From Desulfobacterales bacterium (GTDB lineage Bacteria > Desulfobacterota > Desulfobacteria > Desulfobacterales > UBA2174): 64,000 bases of DNA. The translations under genes and the position numbers were made by a program. Numbering within the stretch: the stretch's first letter is position 1; each line of letters opens with the position of its first letter. Below are positions 1 to 10,142 of this stretch, in pieces. The notes under the pieces are model-generated. The model was not told the origin of the DNA, ran no database searches, and worked only from the letters and a program-made list of their open reading frames with translations. The DNA is taken from NCBI GenBank assembly GCA_963668645.2, contig CAXXWC010000021.1, positions 864,001 to 928,000 of the forward strand. The letters run 5' to 3'.

Positions 1-125
1 CTGGTAGGTGGAAAAACGCTTATATGAAGACCATTGGCAACGAGACAGATTATTGCATTTTTTCCGAAAACCGACAGATTCCGTGCAGCCAAACCGGTTG
101 AAGTTGAGAGCGGTTTGCCCATTGT

Positions 126-878
126 TCACGAGGGGAAATGCCTTCGCTTTTTTTGAGACGCCCCGGCCCTGCGACCCGGGCGTGGCGAGCCTTCCGAGGT
201 GCCGGATGCTTTACGGGCGATGTAGACCACATGCCGGTTGCCGCGTCCCGGGCGCTGAGTGCGGACAATGAAGCCGGCTCCCTCTAGCCGAGTTTCAAAG
301 GTCCGGTCCGGATCCTCTGACCATACTGCCAGCACCCCATCAGTGGTGAGCGCGGTGTGGCTCAACGCCAGCGCCGCCTTGCCGTATAGGGGCTCTCCCC
401 GGCCCGGGTCTCCCTGGCACGGACCTTCGTACAGGTCGAGGATGATGGCATCGAATCGTTCTTTCCGGCCCGCCAGAGCCGCGCGGTGAATGCACGCAGA
501 GACGTCGCCGATAACCACTTTCACCCTGGGGTCGTCCACGGCACGGCCGGTCAGATGGGCGATGGGGCCGCGGCACCACGTAACAACTGTCGGGTTCAGC
601 TCTGCCACCACAACCGCGGCATCGGCCGGCAGGGCGTCGAGGGCCGCCTTGAGGGTGAAGCCCATGCCCAGGCCGCCGATCAGGACCTTGGGCCGTTTTT
701 TCTTCGCCTGGGTCGCGCAGGCCATTTGTGCCAGGACGATCTCGGAGAGATTGCTCGCTGCGTTCATCAGCACCCGGCCGTCGATGGTGATCAGAAAATC
801 ACTCTCGCCCCGCTGCCGAAGCTCGAGGCGCCCCTCATCGGTGGTGACGCTGTCGACCAAGTGCCAGGGTCGGGTCAT
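126..878 (-). CDS. Spermidine synthase-like SAM-dependent methyltransferase-fold protein
   Basis: 250-aa ORF with VLIGGLGMGFT SAM-binding loop, AELNP and FDAIILD motifs. Confidence 0.8.
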   Translation of the reverse strand: MTRPWHLVDSVTTDEGRLELRQRGESDFLITIDGRVLMNAASNLSEIVLAQMACATQAKKKRPKVLIGGLGMGFTLKAALDALPADAAVVVAELNPTVVTWCRGPIAHLTGRAVDDPRVKVVIGDVSACIHRAALAGRKERFDAIILDLYEGPCQGDPGRGEPLYGKAALALSHTALTTDGVLAVWSEDPDRTFETRLEGAGFIVRTQRPGRGNRHVVYIARKASGTSEGSPRPGRRAGASQKKRRHFPS

Positions 879-988
879 GTATACTCCTTACGCTACGCAT
901 TTTATTCAAGCCGCTTTAGCGCCATCAAACGGCGGCCCGTTGCCCGGGTCAATGGCGTTGCCGGCGAACAGTGACTTTTAAAACCGGA

Positions 989-1528
989 TCATCCCGGGAA
1001 TGGCGATTGTTCGTTTCTCGACACATCTTCCCGGTAAAGCACAGCTTTACGGCACAGCTCGTTCACCTGCGCCAGGGTCCGTTGGATTTCCTCGGCGCTC
1101 AAAGAACGGATGATCCTGGCCGGCTGGCCCAGCGCCAGTCTACCCGCCGGAATCTCCATACCCGGAGGCACGACGGCTCCGGCGCCCACCAGGGCGTTTT
1201 TGCGCACCACGGCGCCGTCAAGCACGATGGCGCCGATCCCCACCAGTGCCCCTGTTTCAACGACCGCCCCATGAATGCAGGCTTTGTGGCTGATCAACAC
1301 CTCATCCTCGATGGTGACGATGCTGCCGTTAGGAGCTTCGATCAAGCAAAGATCGAGCACGGCCGACCTCTTTCCGATGATGATCCGGCCATCGTCGGCC
1401 CGCAGCACCGCCCCGGGCCAGATGCTGGAACCGGCCTTTAGAGTGATGTTACCGATAAGTCTGGCAGACGGGTCAATCCATACATCTTCAGCGATTTGTG
1501 GGAAAAAACCGCCAATCCCGCTGATCAT
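989..1528 (-). CDS. Gamma carbonic anhydrase family (hexapeptide repeat) protein
   Basis: SIWPGAVLRAD, SHKACIHGA, GIGAIVLDGA hexapeptide repeats; start chosen at MISGIGG (ORF track start 1594). Confidence 0.85.
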   Translation of the reverse strand: MISGIGGFFPQIAEDVWIDPSARLIGNITLKAGSSIWPGAVLRADDGRIIIGKRSAVLDLCLIEAPNGSIVTIEDEVLISHKACIHGAVVETGALVGIGAIVLDGAVVRKNALVGAGAVVPPGMEIPAGRLALGQPARIIRSLSAEEIQRTLAQVNELCRKAVLYREDVSRNEQSPFPG

Positions 1529-1767
1529 AAACGCCCTCCCCTCTTGCTGGCGACGGGCCGCCCAAAAGATGTTGATTGGATAAGTTACGGACACTACCTC
1601 AGATTTGATCCGAAGTGCCGAACCGTTTCAGACGCTGTGCCCAGGCACACCATCCACGCGATAGATAGACCATGCCCATTTCCAAGTCAATCGGCCGCTA
1701 AGGGCAAGACTCCTATAACCACCCATTTTTCTTGAATTTATCACCTCATCCTGCTATAGGCCGGACC

Positions 1768-1850
1768 ATGCTGCGCGCAGCCGGACCGGATTTGCCCGGG
1801 ATTTTGCACCATGTAATCATCCGGGGCATCAAACCGCGAAAAATATTCGG
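1768..1850 (+). pseudogene. N-terminal remnant of REP-associated tyrosine (Y1/HUH) transposase
   Basis: MLRAAGPDLPGILHHVIIRGIKPRKIF resembles the RAYT N-terminus (R.D.PG.LHHVI.RGI.R..IF); similarity is then lost. Confidence 0.6.
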
Positions 1851-1996
1851 TTTGCCTATCGGCATCGCTGCCCTGAGCGAAATCATCGAAAGGAGGGGCC
1901 CTAATGCCGCGATGCCTGAAGCAAAACAACCACACATCTAAACAGACAGATATGCCACACGGATCTATTTCGGCTGGCTATCGACAAAAGGCCGGT

Positions 1997-2704
1997 ATGC
2001 TCAAGAAAAAGCTCAAATCTTTTTTGTATCGACACATCATTCCCCGCGTCGGACTTTTTGCGGTCAAGGTCCTGTCGGCCACCTATCGGCTCCGTATCGT
2101 CGATCCGGCCAACGAAAGCGACGTCCTCGAAAGGTATGGGACCCTGGTTTACGCCTCCTGGCATCAGCGCTTCTTTCCCGGGATAACCTTCTTTACCAGC
2201 CGCCGGCCCATTGCGATCATGATCAGTCAAAGCCACGACGGGGAATACATCGCGCGCATCGTCAACATGCAGGGCTGGTTTGCGGTCCGCGGATCGTCCT
2301 CCCGCGGCGGTTCAGAGGCATTGCAACAGATCAAGCGGTTGTCGTTGGAAGGGTGCAAGATCGGCCATATCGTCGATGGTCCCCAGGGGCCGCCCGGCGT
2401 GGTCAAACCCGGACTGCTGCGCATCGCCCAGTATGCCGAAATTCCCATCCTTCCGGCCATCGCATCCGGCCAGCACCGATGGGTCTTTAACAGCTGGGAT
2501 CGGTTCATGATTCCAAAGCCGTTTTCCCGTGTGATCCTCCGCTTTGCCCAGCCCATCTTCATCCCAAAAAATTTGAGCAATGAGGCCTTCGAGCAAAAGC
2601 GCCTCTTTGTAGAACGGGAGATGCACCGGTTGTACGAGGAGACCGACCGGATCTGGCAAAATCCAGAGAAGATAAAAGCGATCTTCGGCCCGAAACAGGG
2701 CTGA
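1997..2704 (+). CDS. DUF374 / lysophospholipid acyltransferase family protein
   Basis: YASWHQR, MISQSHDGE, VRGSSSRGG, VDGPQGP, SWDRFMIPKPFS motifs. Confidence 0.85.
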   Translation: MLKKKLKSFLYRHIIPRVGLFAVKVLSATYRLRIVDPANESDVLERYGTLVYASWHQRFFPGITFFTSRRPIAIMISQSHDGEYIARIVNMQGWFAVRGSSSRGGSEALQQIKRLSLEGCKIGHIVDGPQGPPGVVKPGLLRIAQYAEIPILPAIASGQHRWVFNSWDRFMIPKPFSRVILRFAQPIFIPKNLSNEAFEQKRLFVEREMHRLYEETDRIWQNPEKIKAIFGPKQG

Positions 2705-2860
2705 CCAAAGACGGCAGGCGTATCCCGGTCGCTCGTTGGTTTGCAAAGTCAGCGCGCATACAAACGTCTATCTTTCGTGCTACGGTTCGCAGACCGGTCT
2801 ACCTTTCTCCGGTGGGCTGTGGATAACCCGGGGGCAGTTTTCTCTCTGCGAACACACCTA

Positions 2861-2877
2861 TTGGCATCAATATTGCT
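2861..2877 (+). promoter_or_regulatory. Sigma54 (-24/-12) promoter
   Basis: TTGGCATCAATATTGCT: GG-N10-GC spacing with TGGCA and TTGC boxes. Confidence 0.65.
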
Positions 2878-2888
2878 TTATTCTGGAA

Positions 2889-2970
2889 TCAATACCTCCT
2901 GCGGTTCGACGGAATCAGCCGTCGGCAAGCCGGCTCCGGGCGCCGTCACCCGAAGCCGGCTTGCTTTTTT
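2889..2970 (+). ncRNA. Candidate sigma54-dependent small RNA
   Basis: Lies between a sigma54 promoter and an intrinsic terminator; contains ACCTCCT (2894-2900) and a CGACGG/CCGTCG hairpin; 5' end inferred. Confidence 0.5.
2925..2970 (+). terminator. Rho-independent terminator
   Basis: GCAAGCCGGCT (2925-2935) / AGCCGGCTTGC (2954-2964) stem followed by T6. Confidence 0.75.
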
Positions 2971-3533
2971 CAAGGAAAAATCAAATACCACCGGTGGAAT
3001 ATCGCTCCTTTTCCACGCAGGCGGGACCCGTGCGGCAAAAAAATGAATGCGTAAAATATCTTGCACCCGCAATAAATCAATAACGCCCTGTCGCATGGCC
3101 TTCTCCAGGGGGCCTCGGCCATATTGAGGCGCCTCAAGCCGACTCCGTCATTTCGGACGATTATACCGATCCGTTACCGCCTGTAACGGATCGGCATGGG
3201 GTAGCCCTCCAGACCTTGTCGGCCCTGGCCCCCCGCGGGCATACCACTTTTGCATATCAGGGCCGTCGCCCACCGATTTCCGCCTTTCGGCCCTATCTCC
3301 TTTTCAAAGGTAACGTTACTGTAACGCACCAACGCCACCGTGACAGCCAAACCCCAGGCAATCACAACAGCCAATTACCGGGCGTCGTTTCAATGCCGGC
3401 GGCATCCTTGACGGGACGATAAGAGATGATCGGGTTATATGGCACGAATCGTGTAGATGGCATCACTGCGATTTAAGTCTGCAATACAAATCTGTGTTTC
3501 AGGCCCCTGCCAACCCAACAATGGAGGCCCTCC

Positions 3534-3760
3534 ATGCAGGAGATGTTTGAAACCACAAAGTCAGGGACGCTCAAACTTGCCAGCCAGTTCGTGTTTCCAC
3601 CCATCAAGACGGCCTACGGCAAGGAGCGCCCAAAGCGGTTACTGTCTTCAGGGTGCCTGGACCGGGTCAAAAAAAGGCGAACCGACCGGCTGCAACCTCA
3701 ACCCCGCCATCGGGCAGGTTGACATCAAAGCTTACGCAGCGGCACTAGAATAATGACCCG
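3534..3760 (+). pseudogene. Internally deleted NADH:flavin oxidoreductase (old yellow enzyme / FadH-like) remnant
   Basis: GGAGG RBS, then MFETTKSGTLKLASQFVFPPIKTAYG joined directly to a frameshifted YCLQGCLDRVKKGEPTGCNLNPAIG Fe-S-type motif. Confidence 0.6.
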
Positions 3761-3833
3761 GAAGGTTTCCACGCGACAACCCGTTGCCCGGCGGCGCAAA
3801 CCGCAGCTCACAACAACCCTATACGGAGGCCCC

Positions 3834-4487
3834 ATGACGGATATCTCCTTTGCCGATATCGCCATCGTTTCCTGCGGCACCATGAGCCTGGAACTCAACC
3901 ACCTCAAACAGGAAGGATGGCTCGATACGCCTCACCTCACCTACACGACACCCGGACTGCACCAGGACATTCACAAACTGGAACGCCAACTCGTCAGCCA
4001 GATCCGTAAAGCCAAAGAGAAGCTCGACAAGGTCCTGGTCGTCTTTGGCGGCAAGTTTTGTTACGTCAACGCGGACCAACCGACCCGGCAGATGAAGACG
4101 ATCATCGCCGAGCAGGGGCCGGGGGTGGCCCGCATCGAGGCGACCCACTGCATGGACATGCTCGCCAGCGAGGCGCAGCGCCGGCAAATCGCCGAAGAGC
4201 TGGCCGCCGGCGAGCCGGTCTGGTGGATGACCCCAGGCTGGGTGAAGTACCGCAAACAAGTCTTCAAGGGATGGGACAAGGGCCTGGCCAACGAAAACTT
4301 TCCCCGGCACACCGGCGGCGCCATCGTCCTGGACGCCATCGGCTACCTTGACAACTACATGGCTGAAAAACCGGAAGATTTCCTGGAATACTGCGACTGG
4401 ATGGGAATCCCGATGCAAGCCTACCCGGTGACCCTCGACCGGTTCAAATCCCTGCTCGCGGACCAGGCCGCCAAGCTTCTGGGCTGA
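3834..4487 (+). CDS. DUF1638 domain protein
   Basis: GGAGG RBS; IVSCG, PGLH, HCMDML, WMTPGW motifs. Confidence 0.75.
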   Translation: MTDISFADIAIVSCGTMSLELNHLKQEGWLDTPHLTYTTPGLHQDIHKLERQLVSQIRKAKEKLDKVLVVFGGKFCYVNADQPTRQMKTIIAEQGPGVARIEATHCMDMLASEAQRRQIAEELAAGEPVWWMTPGWVKYRKQVFKGWDKGLANENFPRHTGGAIVLDAIGYLDNYMAEKPEDFLEYCDWMGIPMQAYPVTLDRFKSLLADQAAKLLG

Positions 4488-4576
4488 ATATTTGAAAGAC
4501 GATACCCGTAAATGGTTTTGCCCCGGTCGTCATCGGCGGGGGTTCACCGGGGCCGGGTGGCGGGCATTGAGGAACT

Positions 4577-6166
4577 TCAGAAGATGTCGCGGGTGTTGTG
4601 AAAGGCGATCTTGGGCCACTGCTCTGCGATCAGTTCGAGGCGGTAGATGCTGGTGGTGAGAAAGGCGAGGCGCTCCTCGGCGTCCCGGGCCAGGTCGAGG
4701 GCATGCTGGCGCTTGAATTCGTCCAGGAGACTCGGGTCGGACGCATCGATCCAGCGCGCCACCTGGACGTCCACCGCCTCGTAGGCCGCATCCACCCCGT
4801 ATTCGGCCTTGAGCCTGGCCATGGTGACATCGAACTGCAGGACACCCACGGCCCCGAGAATGGCGTCGCTGCCGTCGATGGGCCGGAATACCTGCACGGC
4901 CCCTTCCTCGGAAAGCTGGATCAGCCCCTTTTGCAGTTGCTTGGCCTTCATCGGTTCCTTGAGACGCACACGCCGGAAGTGCTCGGGAGCGAAATGGGGG
5001 ATCCCGGTGAACTGCAGCGGCTCCTTGTCGGTGAAGGTGTCGCCGATCTTGATGGTGCCGTGGTTGAAGATCCCGATGATGTCCCCGGCATAGGCCACAG
5101 CCACGTTCTCGCGCTCCTGGGCCATAAAGCAGGTGGCGTTGGCCAGGGCCATGGTCTTGCCGGTGCGCTGGTGGACGACCTTCATGCCGCGCTCGAAACG
5201 GCCCGAGCAGATGCGCAAAAAAGCGATGCGGTCCCGGTGCGCCGGGTTCATGTTGGCCTGGATCTTGAAAACAAACCCGGAAAAAGCGTCTTCCCCGGGG
5301 TCCACCACGCGCGTGGCGGCGGTGCGCGGCCCGGGCGGCGGCGACATCTCCACGAAAGCTTCAAGCAGTTCCTGGACTCCGAAGTTGTTCAGGGCCGAGC
5401 CGAAGAAAACCGGGGTCTGGGTGCCGTTGAGAAAATGATCCCGGTCCAGCGGATCGGCGGCCCCTTCGAGCAGGGCCACATCCTCGCGCAGTTGCTCGGC
5501 GGCCGACGATCCCAGAATTTCGTCGAGAACCGGGTCGGACAAGTCCTGCACCACGATGTGGTCCCGGCTGCGGCGCTCCTGGCCCGGGGTAAAGAGCTGC
5601 ACCTGGTTGCGATACAGATCGTAAACCCCCTTGAAGCCCTTGCCCCGGCCGATGGGCCAGGAAAGGGGGGTGCACTCGATCTGGAGCTTGTCCTCGATAT
5701 CGGCCAGCAGGTCGAGAGGCTCCATCCCCTCGCGGTCGAGCTTGTTGATGAAGGTCACGATGGGGGTGTTGCGCATGCGGCAGACCGCCATTAACTTTTC
5801 GGTCTGGGTCTCGACCCCCTTGGCGCTGTCGATGACCATCAGGGCGCTGTCCACGGCTGTCAGCACCCGGTAGGTGTCTTCGGAAAAGTCCTGGTGGCCG
5901 GGGGTGTCGAGCAGGTTGATCTCGAAATCGCCGTAGGTGAACTTCATCACCGAAGTGGTCACCGAGATGCCCCGGTCGCGTTCGATGCTCATCCAGTCGC
6001 TGGTGGCGTGGCGGGCGGCCTTGCGGGCCTTGACGGCCCCGGCCTGCTGGATGGCCCCGCCGAAAAGCAGCAGCTTCTCGGTAAGGGTGGTCTTGCCCGC
6101 GTCCGGGTGGCTGATGATGCCGAAGGTACGCCGACGCTCGATTTCTTTTTGTCGATGGCGGTCCAT
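4577..6166 (-). CDS. prfC: Peptide chain release factor 3
   Basis: [55 protein letters not shown]. Confidence 0.97.
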   Translation of the reverse strand: MDRHRQKEIERRRTFGIISHPDAGKTTLTEKLLLFGGAIQQAGAVKARKAARHATSDWMSIERDRGISVTTSVMKFTYGDFEINLLDTPGHQDFSEDTYRVLTAVDSALMVIDSAKGVETQTEKLMAVCRMRNTPIVTFINKLDREGMEPLDLLADIEDKLQIECTPLSWPIGRGKGFKGVYDLYRNQVQLFTPGQERRSRDHIVVQDLSDPVLDEILGSSAAEQLREDVALLEGAADPLDRDHFLNGTQTPVFFGSALNNFGVQELLEAFVEMSPPPGPRTAATRVVDPGEDAFSGFVFKIQANMNPAHRDRIAFLRICSGRFERGMKVVHQRTGKTMALANATCFMAQERENVAVAYAGDIIGIFNHGTIKIGDTFTDKEPLQFTGIPHFAPEHFRRVRLKEPMKAKQLQKGLIQLSEEGAVQVFRPIDGSDAILGAVGVLQFDVTMARLKAEYGVDAAYEAVDVQVARWIDASDPSLLDEFKRQHALDLARDAEERLAFLTTSIYRLELIAEQWPKIAFHNTRDIF

Positions 6167-6459
6167 GAATTGCCTGGGTCTTTCGGATTGCGGCTTTGGT
6201 CGCGGCACGGATCGCTGGAACCTCCGAAAGTTAAATTTCCGGAAGCGATCCGGGCCGTGCCGGGTCGGCCGTTTCTCAGCTCGGCCTCCCCATGGGCACC
6301 GTCCCCTACACCAGCCAAGGCCGACATGCAAGGCGAAAAGGGTTGCAACAGCAATTCCGGCTATAACCAGGATCTGCTGTTTGCGTCGGGGATTGTCAGG
6401 GTTGCAATCTTTGGCCGCCACGTCCATGCTGGCGCCAACCAGACGCCGGGAGTCGCACC

Positions 6460-7218
6460 ATGCACCTGATCCGCACCGCGCTTTTTAAATGCCTGCACAT
6501 CCCCTACTGGGCCGCCAGGATCACCGGCAGCGGGCCTTTCGGCCCCAACGGGGCCCGGCCTGCGCCCCAGCGGCTCACGAGCCCGGGCAGTGCACTCAAA
6601 GCCGCCCTCTGGCGCCACCACGTCAAGCAGTTCAACGAGGCCGCCTGCTCGGTGGCCACCGTGGTCTCAGTGGTCAACGCCATCAGGGAGATCCAGGGCC
6701 ACCGAAGACCGCCCCTTGACCAGGGCCAGATTCTCGAGCGCGTGCCCACCGGGCGCTGGAAACAGCGTATGCAGCCCGGCGGCGACCAAGGCCGGCGGGG
6801 ATTGCCGCTGAGCCTTCTGGGGGCGGTGGTGCGCACCAGCCTGGATGCCTGCCGGATTCGTTACCGGGCCGTGGAAACCGTCGCCGCGGTCAAGCCCGGC
6901 ACCGCCGCCGCCCGCCGGATCGTATCCACGCTGCGCGGTCGCCTCCAGCGCTTCGAAACCCGGGGCGACACCCTGGTGATCGCCCACTTCGACCAAGGCG
7001 CATTCCTGCCGGTGTTGAACATCCCCCATATCTCGCCGGTGGGCGGCTTCGACGCTGCAAACGGCGGGGTCACGATCCTAGACGTGGACCGCGACCAGGA
7101 TCGGCCCTATCAGATTTCCCTGGCCACCTTCTATCGGGGCATCGCCAGCGACTACCACCACCTTTTCAGGCCCTTCGGCTTCGACCGGGGCGGGTATGTG
7201 TACATCCGGCTGGGATAG
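6460..7218 (+). CDS. Phytochelatin synthase-like papain-fold protein
   Basis: [12 protein letters not shown] (Gln, Cys), [10 protein letters not shown] (His), ILDVD (Asp) catalytic pattern. Confidence 0.7.
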   Translation: MHLIRTALFKCLHIPYWAARITGSGPFGPNGARPAPQRLTSPGSALKAALWRHHVKQFNEAACSVATVVSVVNAIREIQGHRRPPLDQGQILERVPTGRWKQRMQPGGDQGRRGLPLSLLGAVVRTSLDACRIRYRAVETVAAVKPGTAAARRIVSTLRGRLQRFETRGDTLVIAHFDQGAFLPVLNIPHISPVGGFDAANGGVTILDVDRDQDRPYQISLATFYRGIASDYHHLFRPFGFDRGGYVYIRLG

Positions 7219-7248
7219 GACAAAAGACAGAAATCGTTGAGATACGGC

Positions 7249-7806
7249 CTACTCGGAGAGTGTACAGACCTGGGCTGCAGTGACCCGCAGCAGTTCGGCC
7301 GGGGTCAGGCGCATCATGGCATCGATGTCCCCGCCCCCGCCGAAGATCATGTCAAGGCCGGCCACCGCCGTGTCGACCAGGGTTTGCAAGAGCTGGCAAT
7401 GGCCGAAGGGCGGCATGCTGCCGACGATGTAGCCGGTAATCGCAAGGGCTCGTTCCGGGCTGGCGAACCGGACCCGCTTGCGTCCCACACCGAGAATCGC
7501 GCCCAGTTTGCGCCGATCCACCCGGGCCAGCCCGTTGTTGATCACCAGCAGGGGCGTCTCGTCCACCAGAAAAACCAGGGACTTGATGATCTGAGCGGTA
7601 TCCACGCCCAAGGCCATGGCCGCATCGGCCACCGTGGGCGTGTGCCGGGCCATGGGCAAAATCGTCGCCGTGATGCGTTGTTCTTCTATGAAACGCTGCA
7701 AATCCGCGCTGGTCAGAACCGGTGGGGACAAGTCCGCTTCAGGCCCCTGCGCCTTTCCCCCTTTTGCTCCTCCTTCCGCCGAAATTCGGCCTTCGACCTC
7801 TTCCAT
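7249..7806 (-). CDS. YbaK/EbsC aminoacyl-tRNA editing family protein
   Basis: TPTVADAAMALGV, QIIKSLVF, TGYIVGSMPPFGH, GGG; start uncertain. Confidence 0.85.
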   Translation of the reverse strand: MEEVEGRISAEGGAKGGKAQGPEADLSPPVLTSADLQRFIEEQRITATILPMARHTPTVADAAMALGVDTAQIIKSLVFLVDETPLLVINNGLARVDRRKLGAILGVGRKRVRFASPERALAITGYIVGSMPPFGHCQLLQTLVDTAVAGLDMIFGGGGDIDAMMRLTPAELLRVTAAQVCTLSE

Positions 7807-7814
7807 CCGTCCCC

Positions 7815-8087
7815 TCAAATCTTGCCTGCAAAGCGCAGCACCACCAGCAGGACCAGAAATCCGACCGAAAGGTGCAGCCCGGAAACGAGCCGCTGGTATT
7901 GCACGCGCACGGTTTCGTCTCCCTCGCTGGCGGCCAGATCCTTGATGCGGCGATAATCGGCATACCAGCCGCCGAACATGCTCACGAACTCGCCGCGGGT
8001 TTTCAAGGCGATCTTGATCTGCTGGACATAGTAAATGCCGAAGATCACCGGGCAAATGATTGCGATATCGAACCAGGTCAGGTCCAT
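7815..8087 (-). CDS. Small hypothetical membrane protein (90 aa)
   Basis: MDLTWFDIAIICPVIFGIYY... with two hydrophobic segments; overlaps the E1 beta stop and has an AGGAG RBS. Confidence 0.6.
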   Translation of the reverse strand: MDLTWFDIAIICPVIFGIYYVQQIKIALKTRGEFVSMFGGWYADYRRIKDLAASEGDETVRVQYQRLVSGLHLSVGFLVLLVVLRFAGKI

Positions 8088-9076
8088 GGGCGCTCCTGCC
8101 GGCAGGTGTCCTTGATTGCGGCGGCCACCGCCTCGGACGAGGGTTTGAAAAACTTTTCCTGGTCGGGCGATGCGGGAACCGGGATGGACGGCGGGGCCAC
8201 CCGCCGTACCGGCGCCTTGAGGGCCTCGAAGGCCTCCTCGGCCGCAATGGCCGCCAGTTCGGCGCCGTAGCCGCAAAAGCGGTTGGCCTCGTGGACGATC
8301 ACCAACCGCCCGGTGCGCCGCACCGATTCCAGCAGGCACTGCTTGTCCAGGGGCACCAGGGACCGCAAATCGATCACCTCGCAGCCGATCCCTTCGGCGG
8401 CGGCCATCTCGGCCCCCTTGAGGGCCGTGTAAAGGGCCGTCCCGTATGCCACCAGGGTGCAATCGGTGCCCAGGCGCACCACCCTGGCCTGGCCCGGGGC
8501 CTGGCGGTTGTCACCCTCGGGCACTTCGCCGCGCATCCAGTAAAGCATCATGTCCTCGACCACGATCACCGGATCGGGATCGAAGATCGCACCCAGCAGC
8601 AGTGCCTTGGCATCGGCCGGATTGGACGGCCAGACCAGCTTGAGTCCCGGGCTGTGGGCCATCCAGGCCTCCAGGTTGTGGGAATGCTGGCTGCCGGCCC
8701 CGAACCCGACCCCTGCCTTGACGCGCACCGTAAGGGGAAAGCTGCTCTTGCCGCCGCTCATGTAGCGCAGCTTGGCGGCATGGTTGACCAACATGTCGCT
8801 GGCCAGGGTGATAAAAGGAAAAAACATGATCTCCACCACCGGCCGCAGGCCCATGGCCGAGGCTCCCACGGCAAGACCGGCGATGGCCGCTTCGCTCACC
8901 GGCGTGTCGCGCACCCGCCGGTCGCCGAAACGTTCCAGTAGCCCGTGGGTCGGCATGTTGGGATCCTGGTGGATCGAGACCCCGACCCCCTCCCCGGCGA
9001 TGAACACGCTCTGGTCGCTTTCCATGGCCAGGGCCAGGGCCTGGTTCAAAGCCTGGCCGAACGACATTTCCGTCAT
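8078..9076 (-). CDS. TPP-dependent 2-oxoacid/acetoin dehydrogenase E1 beta subunit
   Basis: RVRDTPVSEAAI, GLRPVVEIMF, SQHSH, EVIDLRSLVPLD. Confidence 0.92.
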   Translation of the reverse strand: MTEMSFGQALNQALALAMESDQSVFIAGEGVGVSIHQDPNMPTHGLLERFGDRRVRDTPVSEAAIAGLAVGASAMGLRPVVEIMFFPFITLASDMLVNHAAKLRYMSGGKSSFPLTVRVKAGVGFGAGSQHSHNLEAWMAHSPGLKLVWPSNPADAKALLLGAIFDPDPVIVVEDMMLYWMRGEVPEGDNRQAPGQARVVRLGTDCTLVAYGTALYTALKGAEMAAAEGIGCEVIDLRSLVPLDKQCLLESVRRTGRLVIVHEANRFCGYGAELAAIAAEEAFEALKAPVRRVAPPSIPVPASPDQEKFFKPSSEAVAAAIKDTCRQERPWT

Positions 9077-9133
9077 GAGGCTCTCCTTTTGCGGGCTTGG
9101 TTCTGGGATACGGGAAAATCCCCCCTCTTTCAT

Positions 9134-10117
9134 TCAGGCCACGGCGCCCTGAACCCATAAATCGGTAAGGGCCGCCTGGGCCTCGGGGTAAGGGCTGCGG
9201 TCGGCGAAGGCCACGGCCGCTGCGACCTGCTGCACCGCCTGGTTGTCCATCCGTTCCAGGTCCGCGGCGGAAAGCACGCCGTCGGCGAGCAGATTTTCCC
9301 GGTAGCGCTCAATCGGGCAGCGCCGTGCCCATTGGGCGATTTCGGCCGGATCCACATAATGCTGGTGATCGCTTTCCCCGTGTCCGCGCATACGGTAGGT
9401 GCGCGCCTCGATCAGGGCCGGTCCCTGGCCGCTGCGGCAATGGGCGGCCATTTCGGACGCCAGCCGATGGACCGCCTCGACATCGTTGCCGTCCACAGAA
9501 TCGCCCGGCATGCCGTAAGCCGCGGCCCTGGCGCTCAGATCGTCAACGGCGCAATGCACCTTGCACGGCTGGGCCCCGGCCCAGCAGTTGTTCTCGCAGA
9601 CCAGCAAAAGCGGCAGCTTCCATATCCCGGCCAGGTTCATGGCCTCGTGCACGCTGCCTTCGGCCGCGGCCCCGTCTCCGAAAAAAACCGCCGTAATCTG
9701 CCTGCTCTGGTTGTACTGCTGGGCAAAAGCGGCCCCGGCGGCCAGCGGCGGGCCGGCTCCCACCACGGTGGAAGTCATCAGGACGTTGATCTCGGGTACG
9801 GCCAGGTGCAAGGTGCCGGCCTTGCCGGAATTGATCCCGGTGGCCTTGCCCATGATTTCGGCCATCAGGCTGTCCGGATCCGCCCCGCGGCAGAGCAGGT
9901 GGGCGTGGCTGCGATGGTTGCTGACGATCACATCCCTGGCATCCAGGGCCGCCACCACTCCGGCGGCCACCGCCTCCTGGCCCACCGATAGGATCTGCAT
10001 GCCCGGCAGGCGGCCCTTTTCCCGGGCCAGCTCCACGATCGTTTCATCAAAACGGCGGCTCAGCAGCATGTCCTGGTAGAGTCGCCTCTGCAACTGCGCT
10101 GAAATGGCGGCGCTCAT
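9134..10117 (-). CDS. TPP-dependent dehydrogenase E1 alpha subunit
   Basis: GQEA, NHRSH, FFGDGA...ENN TPP motif, TYRMRGHGESD. Confidence 0.92.
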   Translation of the reverse strand: MSAAISAQLQRRLYQDMLLSRRFDETIVELAREKGRLPGMQILSVGQEAVAAGVVAALDARDVIVSNHRSHAHLLCRGADPDSLMAEIMGKATGINSGKAGTLHLAVPEINVLMTSTVVGAGPPLAAGAAFAQQYNQSRQITAVFFGDGAAAEGSVHEAMNLAGIWKLPLLLVCENNCWAGAQPCKVHCAVDDLSARAAAYGMPGDSVDGNDVEAVHRLASEMAAHCRSGQGPALIEARTYRMRGHGESDHQHYVDPAEIAQWARRCPIERYRENLLADGVLSAADLERMDNQAVQQVAAAVAFADRSPYPEAQAALTDLWVQGAVA

Positions 10118-10142
10118 GCGCTCCTCCCCGTGGCAAAACAGG

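Noticed and set aside
2818..2826. DnaA box TGTGGATAA suggesting oriC
   Set aside because: Only one clear box, with no AT-rich unwinding element or origin-linked genes nearby.
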